In this document: piece by piece, positions 26,666 to 32,000 of the stretch
How the letters are laid out: every line of letters begins with the position of its first letter
Position numbering within the stretch: position 1 is the first letter of the stretch
DNA from: Kineococcus radiotolerans SRS30216 = ATCC BAA-149
GTDB taxonomy: Bacteria > Actinomycetota > Actinomycetes > Actinomycetales > Kineococcaceae
Direction: 5' to 3'
Assembly (NCBI RefSeq): GCF_000017305.1
Contig: NC_009664.2
Location: forward strand, 1,020,001-1,052,000
Length of the DNA stretch: 32,000 nt
Made by a program: the position numbers and the translations under genes
The notes under the pieces: model-generated
Told to the model about the DNA's origin: nothing
Database searches by the model: none
Seen by the model: only the letters and a program-made list of their open reading frames with translations

Positions 26666-26758
26666 GTGACCACCACCGCCCCCCTCCGGGGAGCCTCCGC
26701 CGCCGGCGCGCCCGCGCCGCGCCGCGGTGCGTGGTGGTGGGTGTCGGCGGTCGCCTGA
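26666..26758 (+). CDS. Candidate tryptophan-rich leader peptide (30 aa, WWW)
   Basis: GTG 26666 comes after an in-frame TAA (26654) and AAGG (26655-26658). The peptide is MTTTAPLRGASAAGAPAPRRGAWWWVSAVA, ending at TGA 26756-26758. TGG TGG TGG lies at 26732-26740. 27 of 29 codons end in G/C. It sits 95 nt upstream of the fused trpE/G-like gene. Confidence 0.55.
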   Translation: MTTTAPLRGASAAGAPAPRRGAWWWVSAVA

Positions 26759-26774
26759 CGCTCGTTCGTCCCGG

Positions 26775-26797
26775 TGGCCGCCTCGTCGAGGAGGCCG
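26775..26797 (+). promoter_or_regulatory. GC-rich hairpin candidate in the leader (possible attenuator element)
   Basis: GGCCGCCTC (26776-26784) pairs with GAGGAGGCC (26788-26796) with one mismatch and a 3-nt loop. There is no U-tract. It has not been folded computationally. Confidence 0.2.
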
Positions 26798-26853
26798 ACC
26801 CCGTGGACGCCCCCTCGCCGGGCGGCTCCCCCAGCCCCTCCGAGGAGAACCCG

Positions 26854-28845
26854 ATGACACCCCCGCAGACCCCCGCGGACCCCGAGACCACCGCGGACGA
26901 GCTCGTCGCCGAGCTGCTGGCCCCCGGCGCCGGTCCCTTCGCGCTGCTGCGCCGCCTCGACCCGCGCACCGGGGTCCCTGGCCCGGTCGAGGTGCTGCGC
27001 GGTCCCGTCGAGGTCGTGGAGCACCTCGCCGACGTCCCGCTGCGCGAGCGCACCGCCCGCGACGCGCTGGCCCTGGTCCCCTTCCGGCAGCTGCGCGAAC
27101 GCGGGTTCGAGGTCCACGACGACGGCACCCCGCTGCAGGTGCTGCGCATCGACTCCGCCCGCGACCTCTCCCTCGAGGACGCGCTGCGCGCCCTGCCCGA
27201 CGCCGAGGTCGCCCTGCGCGACGTCGCCCCCGACCTCTCCGACGACGACTACGCCGCGGTGGTGCGGCGCATCGTCGACGAGGAGATCGCCCAGGGCTCG
27301 GGCGCGAACTTCGTCGTGCGCCGCGACGTCGACGGGGTGATCGACGGGTTCTCCGCGACGACGGCGCTGAGCCTGTTCCGCCGCCTCCTCGTCGCCGAGC
27401 AGGGCGCGTACTGGACCTTCGTCGTCCACGTGCCGGGGGACGCCGGAGCCGGTCGCAGCACGTCCCGCACGCTCGTGGGGGCCAGCCCCGAGGTGCACGT
27501 GCGGATGGCCCGCGGCGAGGTCGTCATGAACCCCATCTCGGGCACGTACCGCTACCCCGCCACCGGCCCCGACCCCGACGGCCTCGTCGAGTTCCTCACC
27601 GACCCCAAGGAGGTCGAGGAGCTCTTCATGGTGGTCGACGAGGAGCTGAAGATGATGTGCTCGGTCGGCGACCTCGGCGGGGTCGTCCACGGGCCGTACC
27701 TGCGCGAGATGGCCAACCTCGCCCACACCGAGTTCGAGCTGCGCGGGCAGACCACCCTGGACGCCCGGGAGGTGCTGCGCCAGACCATGTTCGCCGCCAC
27801 CGTGACGGGCAGCCCGCTGCAGAGCGCGTGCCGGGTCATCAAGCGCTTCGAGCCGTCCGGGCGCGGGTACTACGCCGGGGCGCTGGCCCTGCTGGGCACC
27901 GACGCCGACGGCGCCCAGACGCTGGACTCCCCCATCCTCATCCGCACCGCCGACGTGCGCGCCGACGGCCCCACCGCGCGGGTCCGGGTGTCGGTGGGCG
28001 CGACCCTGGTGCGCGGGTCCACCCCCGAGGGCGAGGTCGCCGAGACCCACGCGAAGTCCGCCGGGGTCCTGCGCGCGCTGGGGGCGCTGCCCCCGCTGCC
28101 GGCCCGCACCGGCGCCGACGGCGCCCCGGTGCGGCGCGTGCCGCTGCTGGCCGACCCCCGGGTCGCCACCCTGCTGGCCTCCCGGCGCGACCGGCTGGCC
28201 CCGTTCTGGCTCGAACCGCAGGCCCAGCCGGCGGGTTCGCCCCTGGGGCGGGCGCTGGTGGTCGACGCCGAGGACACCTTCACCGCGATGCTCGTGCACC
28301 TGCTGGCCTCCGCGGGGCTGCGGGCCCGGGTCCTGCGCCACGACGACCCCGCCCTGGACGCCGCGCTGGCCGCGCACGAGGGGCTGGTGCTGCTGGGCCC
28401 CGGCCCCGGCGACCCCGAGGACGCCTCGGACCCCCGCATCGCCCGTCTGCAGGACCTCGCCGCGCGCCTGTCCGACGCCGCGCGCTCGGGCGGCAACCCG
28501 CTGCTGGGGGTCTGCCTGGGCCACCAGCTGCTGTCGGGAACGCTGGGTCTGCCGTTGCGACGCAAGGACTCCCCCCACCAGGGCACCCAGCTCGACGTGG
28601 ACCTGTTCGGCACCACCGCGCGGGTGGGGTTCTACAACTCCTTCACCGCCCGCGTCGACGGGGCCGCGATCGCCCGCCTCGGCGCGGACGGCGTCGAGGT
28701 CGCGACCGGACCGGCCGACGAGGTCGTGGCGGTGCGGGGGCGGGGTTTCGCGGGCATCCAGTTCCACCCCGAGTCGGTCCTCACCCAGGACGGGCCCCGG
28801 GTGCTGCGCTCGCTGGTGGAGCCCCTGCTCACCGGCCGGGGCTGA
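26854..28845 (+). CDS. Fused anthranilate synthase family protein (chorismate-utilising TrpE-like domain + TrpG-type glutamine amidotransferase; PhzE architecture)
   Basis: MST-domain motifs GASPEVHVRM, NPISGTY and GRGYYAGAL. C-terminal GATase-1 triad context GVCLGHQLL and IQFHPES. ATG 26854 lies 6 nt after GAGGAG. Confidence 0.88.
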   Translation: MTPPQTPADPETTADELVAELLAPGAGPFALLRRLDPRTGVPGPVEVLRGPVEVVEHLADVPLRERTARDALALVPFRQLRERGFEVHDDGTPLQVLRIDSARDLSLEDALRALPDAEVALRDVAPDLSDDDYAAVVRRIVDEEIAQGSGANFVVRRDVDGVIDGFSATTALSLFRRLLVAEQGAYWTFVVHVPGDAGAGRSTSRTLVGASPEVHVRMARGEVVMNPISGTYRYPATGPDPDGLVEFLTDPKEVEELFMVVDEELKMMCSVGDLGGVVHGPYLREMANLAHTEFELRGQTTLDAREVLRQTMFAATVTGSPLQSACRVIKRFEPSGRGYYAGALALLGTDADGAQTLDSPILIRTADVRADGPTARVRVSVGATLVRGSTPEGEVAETHAKSAGVLRALGALPPLPARTGADGAPVRRVPLLADPRVATLLASRRDRLAPFWLEPQAQPAGSPLGRALVVDAEDTFTAMLVHLLASAGLRARVLRHDDPALDAALAAHEGLVLLGPGPGDPEDASDPRIARLQDLAARLSDAARSGGNPLLGVCLGHQLLSGTLGLPLRRKDSPHQGTQLDVDLFGTTARVGFYNSFTARVDGAAIARLGADGVEVATGPADEVVAVRGRGFAGIQFHPESVLTQDGPRVLRSLVEPLLTGRG

Positions 28846-29506
28846 CCAGCCCGATCTCGTAGCCGAGCACGACGGCCTGGACGCGGTCGCGCAGCCCCAG
28901 CTTGGTGAGGACGCGGCTGACGTGCGTCTTGGTCGTCTGCTCGGCGATGAACAGCTCCGCGGCGATCTCCTGGTTGGACAGCCCGCGGGCGATGCAGACC
29001 AGGACCTCGCGCTCGCGCGGGGTGAGGTCGGCCAGGGCGGCGGGGACGTCCACCGCGCGCCGGCGGGTCGAGACGAAGTGCTCGATGAGGCGCCGGGTGA
29101 TCCCCGGGGCGAGCAGCGAGTCGCCCCGGGCGACGGCGCGGACGGAGTCGACCAGGACCTCCGGGGTCGCGTCCTTGAGCAGGAACCCGCTGGCCCCGGC
29201 CTGCAGGGCGGAGAACACGTAGTCGTCGACGTCGAAGGTCGTCAGCACCAGCACCCGCGGGGCCGGGTCGAGCCCGGCGGCGAGGATCCGCCGGGTCGCC
29301 TCCAGCCCGTCGAGGACGGGCATCCGGACGTCCATGAGCACGACGTCGGGGGTGGTCGCGGTGACGACCTCGACGGCCTCCTCCCCGTCGGCGGCCTGCC
29401 CGACGACCTCGACGCCGGGCTGGGCGTCCAGCAGCGCCGAGAACCCGGCCCGGATCATCGCCTGGTCGTCGACGACCACGGCCCGGACGGCTGGTGCGGA
29501 GCTCAC
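28829..29506 (-). CDS. NarL/LuxR-family two-component response regulator
   Basis: Receiver domain VVVDDQAMIR...VLMDVRMP...LKD and LuxR HTH LTPREREVLVCIARGLSNQEIAAELFIAEQTTKTHVSRVLTKLG. GTG 29506 overlaps the kinase stop (GTGA). Confidence 0.92.
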   Translation of the reverse strand: MSSAPAVRAVVVDDQAMIRAGFSALLDAQPGVEVVGQAADGEEAVEVVTATTPDVVLMDVRMPVLDGLEATRRILAAGLDPAPRVLVLTTFDVDDYVFSALQAGASGFLLKDATPEVLVDSVRAVARGDSLLAPGITRRLIEHFVSTRRRAVDVPAALADLTPREREVLVCIARGLSNQEIAAELFIAEQTTKTHVSRVLTKLGLRDRVQAVVLGYEIGLVSPGR

Positions 29507-30720
29507 GCCCCAGGCTCCCACGGCAGGGCGGCGCGCAGGAGGAACCCGCCGTCCGCGGTGGGGGCGGCGGAGACGGAGCCCCCGAGCAGCGCGGCCCGTT
29601 CCCGGACCCCCACCAGCCCGTGCCCGCCGGCGTCGGCGGCCGGGGCGGGACCCTCCGGCGCGGGGCCGTTGCGGACCTCCACGACGATCCCCGGGTCCGC
29701 GCGCCGGACAACGACCTCCACGTCCGCCCCCGTGGCGTGCCGGACGACGTTCGCCAGCCCCTCCTGGACGATGCGGTGCACGACGATCCCCGCCGACGGG
29801 GGCAGCGCGTTCTCGCCCAGCGCGGGGTCGACGTGCAGGCGGACGGTGGACCCGGCGCGCCGGGCCCCCTCGGCGAGCTCCCCCAGCCCGTCCAGCCCGG
29901 CCCGCGGGACGAGGTCCCCGCCGTCGCCCCGGCTGCGCAGGACGCCCAGCAGCGTGCGCATCTCCGCGAGCGCGGTCCGCGCCTGCGCGGCGATGTCGTC
30001 GAACTCCGCCTGCGCCGCGGGCGGGAGGTCGGGGATGCGGTAGCGGGCGGTGGTGGCCTGCACGCCGATGACGGACATGCTGTGGGCGACGACGTCGTGC
30101 AGGTCGCGGGCGATCCGGTTGCGCTCCTCCAGGACAACCCGGCGGGCCTGCTCGGCCTCGGTGTCGCGCCGGGAGCGGGCCAGTTCCTCCCGCACCCGGC
30201 GGCGGGCGCCGACGACGCTGCCCGCGCCGAGCAGCAGCGCCGAGTTCGAGCCGTAGACGACGAGGTCGGTCCAGGCGTCGTCGACCCACGTCACCGCCCA
30301 GGAGTCGACGGTGAGGAGGTCGGCGACGGCGACCAGGGCGGTGGTCAGGGCGAGGCTGAGCGCCCACGCCGCCAGCCCCAGCCGCCACTGCCGGCGGACG
30401 CCGAGGACGGTGAGCAGGCAGCCGTAGGTCAGCAGGGCGGGCACGGTCCACGGCCAGGGGCCGGCCTGCGGGTCGGCGGCGAGGGCGACGAGCAGGACCC
30501 CGGCCAGCGCGCTGGCCACGGCGAGCCGAGCCCGGACGAGGGCGAGGACGAGCCCGGCGCACTGCAGGAGCACCGCGCCCGTCGCCACCCCGGCGGGCAC
30601 CCCGTGCACGCCGGCGGTGACCGGGGCGCCCACGGCGTACAGGGTCAGGGCCAGCAGCACCACGACCGCGCGCGGGGTGGCCAGCGGCCGCAGCCGCGCC
30701 CGCACCGACGACGGCAGCAC
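29503..30720 (-). CDS. Sensor histidine kinase (HisKA_3 / NarX-DesK type), multi-TM sensor
   Basis: H-box RNRIARDLHDVVAHSMSVI, N-box VHRIVQEGLANVVRHA and G-box GHGLVGVRERA, with 4-5 N-terminal TM helices. I preferred GTG 30720 as the start because the track start, ATG 30846, would overlap the DedA gene by 50 nt. Confidence 0.85.
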   Translation of the reverse strand: MLPSSVRARLRPLATPRAVVVLLALTLYAVGAPVTAGVHGVPAGVATGAVLLQCAGLVLALVRARLAVASALAGVLLVALAADPQAGPWPWTVPALLTYGCLLTVLGVRRQWRLGLAAWALSLALTTALVAVADLLTVDSWAVTWVDDAWTDLVVYGSNSALLLGAGSVVGARRRVREELARSRRDTEAEQARRVVLEERNRIARDLHDVVAHSMSVIGVQATTARYRIPDLPPAAQAEFDDIAAQARTALAEMRTLLGVLRSRGDGGDLVPRAGLDGLGELAEGARRAGSTVRLHVDPALGENALPPSAGIVVHRIVQEGLANVVRHATGADVEVVVRRADPGIVVEVRNGPAPEGPAPAADAGGHGLVGVRERAALLGGSVSAAPTADGGFLLRAALPWEPGA

Positions 30721-30796
30721 CGGGCGCGGGAGCCGGCGCGGGCGCCGACGCAGGAGCCGGCGCGGACGCGGCGGCCGGGGCGGACGGGGGGCGGTC

Positions 30797-31462
30797 TCAG
30801 ACCGGGGACGACGCCGCACGGAGCCCACCCCCCGGACGGACCGCACGCAGGGCCGCCCCCGCGAGGGCCTTCGCGCCCAGCAGGACCGCGGCGAGCGCGA
30901 GCCCGCCGAGCACCGCCAGCCCGGGCCGGTCCAGGACCTCCTCGACCCGGCTCGCGAGGCGCTGCCCGGTGAGCACGCCGAGCCCGACGAGCACGCTGAC
31001 CCGCAGCGCGGTCAGCAGCGCCGTCCAGCCCAGGAAGCGCCGGTAGCCCACCCCGGCGTAGCCGGCGGCGAGGAAGGCGGGCACCGCGCCCACGTCGACG
31101 AGCTTGGCCCCGGCCACGACCGACCCGAGGCGGTCGGAGACCCGGCGGCACCACGTCGCGCGCCGTCGCGCGGTGAGCCCCAGCCGAGCGGTGAGCCGCG
31201 CGGCCCGGGGGTGGCGCTCGGCCCGGCGCCCGGCCCGGCCCAGCAGGTAGAGGGCGCTGTCGAGCACCAGGTCCGTGCCGAAGGCCAGCAGCCACACCAG
31301 GACCAGCGCGGCGTGCCCGGCCCCGACGAGGGCCCCTCCGGCGAACGTCGCCACCGGTCCCTCCAGGGCCATCGCCGGGGCCAGCACCGCGTAGGGCCCG
31401 CCCGTCCCCGCTCCCACGTCCACCACGTCCACCCGGTTCCCCTCGCCCGACCCGCCCCTCAC
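30797..31462 (-). CDS. DedA/VTT-domain family membrane protein
   Basis: PYAVLAPAMALEGPVATFAGGALVG resembles the DedA re-entrant loop motif, and hydrophobic helices run throughout. Several in-frame GTG starts lie between 31462 and about 31410. Confidence 0.6.
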   Translation of the reverse strand: MRGGSGEGNRVDVVDVGAGTGGPYAVLAPAMALEGPVATFAGGALVGAGHAALVLVWLLAFGTDLVLDSALYLLGRAGRRAERHPRAARLTARLGLTARRRATWCRRVSDRLGSVVAGAKLVDVGAVPAFLAAGYAGVGYRRFLGWTALLTALRVSVLVGLGVLTGQRLASRVEEVLDRPGLAVLGGLALAAVLLGAKALAGAALRAVRPGGGLRAASSPV

Positions 31463-31543
31463 CGGGCAGTCAACCGCCGCCGGGTCCGGGGTGTCGTCCC
31501 CCGCCGGAGCCGTTCCCGCGTGGGACCCCGGTAGGGGGTGGGG

Positions 31544-32000
31544 TCAGAGGCGGGGGTCGACCGGTTCGGACTCCAGGGCCAGGACGGCGAAGACGCACTC
31601 GTGCACCCGGTGCAGCGGTTCGGCGCGCGCGACCCGTTCCAGCCCCTCCAGGCCCAGGGCGTACTCGCGCAGGGCGAGCGACCGCTTGCGCCCCAGGGTG
31701 CGCTGCCGGAGCCGCTCCAGGTTGGCCGGCTCGGTGTAGGAGGGGCCGTAGACGATCCGCAGGTACTCCCGCCCCCGCACCTTCAGCGCCGGCTGGACCA
31801 GCCCGCGCCGGGTGCGGACCCGGTTGGCGAGGGGCTTGACGACCATCCCCTCCCCGCCGGCGCCGGTGAGCTCCTCCCACCAGGCGACCCCGGCCGCGGT
31901 GGAGGTCGCGTCGGCGGTGTCGACGACGAGCCGGCGGGTCGGGCGGAGCCGGTCGGAGCCGGCGGCGCGGGCGGTGCCCACGAGCCGGTCGGCCAGGTCC
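31544..32000 (-). CDS. Polynucleotide kinase-phosphatase (bacterial Pnkp), C-terminal ligase-like domain (partial, continues right of window)
   Basis: EGMVVKP nucleotidyltransferase motif, KVRGREYLRIVYGPSYT and RSLALREYALGLEGLERV resemble the Pnkp C-terminus as I remember it. The frame stays open to nt 32000. Confidence 0.6.
   Translation of the reverse strand, partial: DLADRLVGTARAAGSDRLRPTRRLVVDTADATSTAAGVAWWEELTGAGGEGMVVKPLANRVRTRRGLVQPALKVRGREYLRIVYGPSYTEPANLERLRQRTLGRKRSLALREYALGLEGLERVARAEPLHRVHECVFAVLALESEPVDPRL

Noticed and set aside
26653-28862. 704-aa (-) and 711-aa (+) ORFs overlapping the TrpE/G fusion
   Set aside because: These are alternative-frame artefacts with Arg/Gly/Pro-rich translations. 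Frame 26854-28845 contains both the chorismate-binding and GATase catalytic motifs.

Overview
This is a very GC-rich actinobacterial chromosomal core segment (visibly over 70% G+C, with third codon positions almost all G/C). I call about 36 densely packed protein genes on both strands. I see no rRNA or tRNA gene, CRISPR array, transposase, integrase or other mobile-element signature.

Most of the long ORFs in the six-frame track are artefacts of a genome with few stop codons. They give Arg/Pro/Gly-rich translations and run antisense or out of frame to real genes. I chose real genes by recognisable catalytic or family motifs, GC3 bias, start-codon context and stop/start coupling.

Gene content, left to right:
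- a standalone ABC-like ATPase, divergent from a signal-less PhoD-like phosphatase
- a polar amino-acid ABC importer (substrate-binding protein, permease, ATPase)
- an SDR epimerase
- a MOSC protein coupled to a PDR/VanB reductase
- a DinB/DUF664 protein
- an orphan double-Cache chemoreceptor
- GlxA regulator plus YihY membrane protein
- an orphan PilT ATPase
- the 24-codon ribosomal protein bL37
- sigH/sigR with its ZAS anti-sigma factor
- an SRAP-like protein, then DoxX, aroA and rsgA (synteny as in Mycobacterium and Streptomyces)
- VKOR, hisN, a CPBP protease, a tandem Usp and an MscS channel
- a 7-TM double PQ-loop protein
- a GNAT coupled to a divergent G6PD paralogue
- a fused TrpE-TrpG (PhzE-architecture) enzyme
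- LuxR response regulator, HisKA_3 kinase and DedA
- the 3' end of a Pnkp RNA-repair gene running off the right edge

Most noteworthy observations:
1. An unannotated 30-codon leader ORF with three consecutive Trp codons lies ahead of the fused anthranilate-synthase gene. It is a candidate attenuator.
2. An exact GGAAT-N18-GTT SigR/SigH promoter is placed to make a near-leaderless, N-terminally extended sigma isoform.
3. The SRAP homologue appears to have lost all four catalytic residues.
4. A bacterial protein has the 3+1+3 TM, double-PQ SWEET-like architecture.
5. Operator-like GGCAG/CTGCC sites are phased 21 bp apart at the glxA promoter.
6. A sigma-28-type promoter precedes the chemoreceptor gene.

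All family assignments come from reading motifs by eye. No database search was run.
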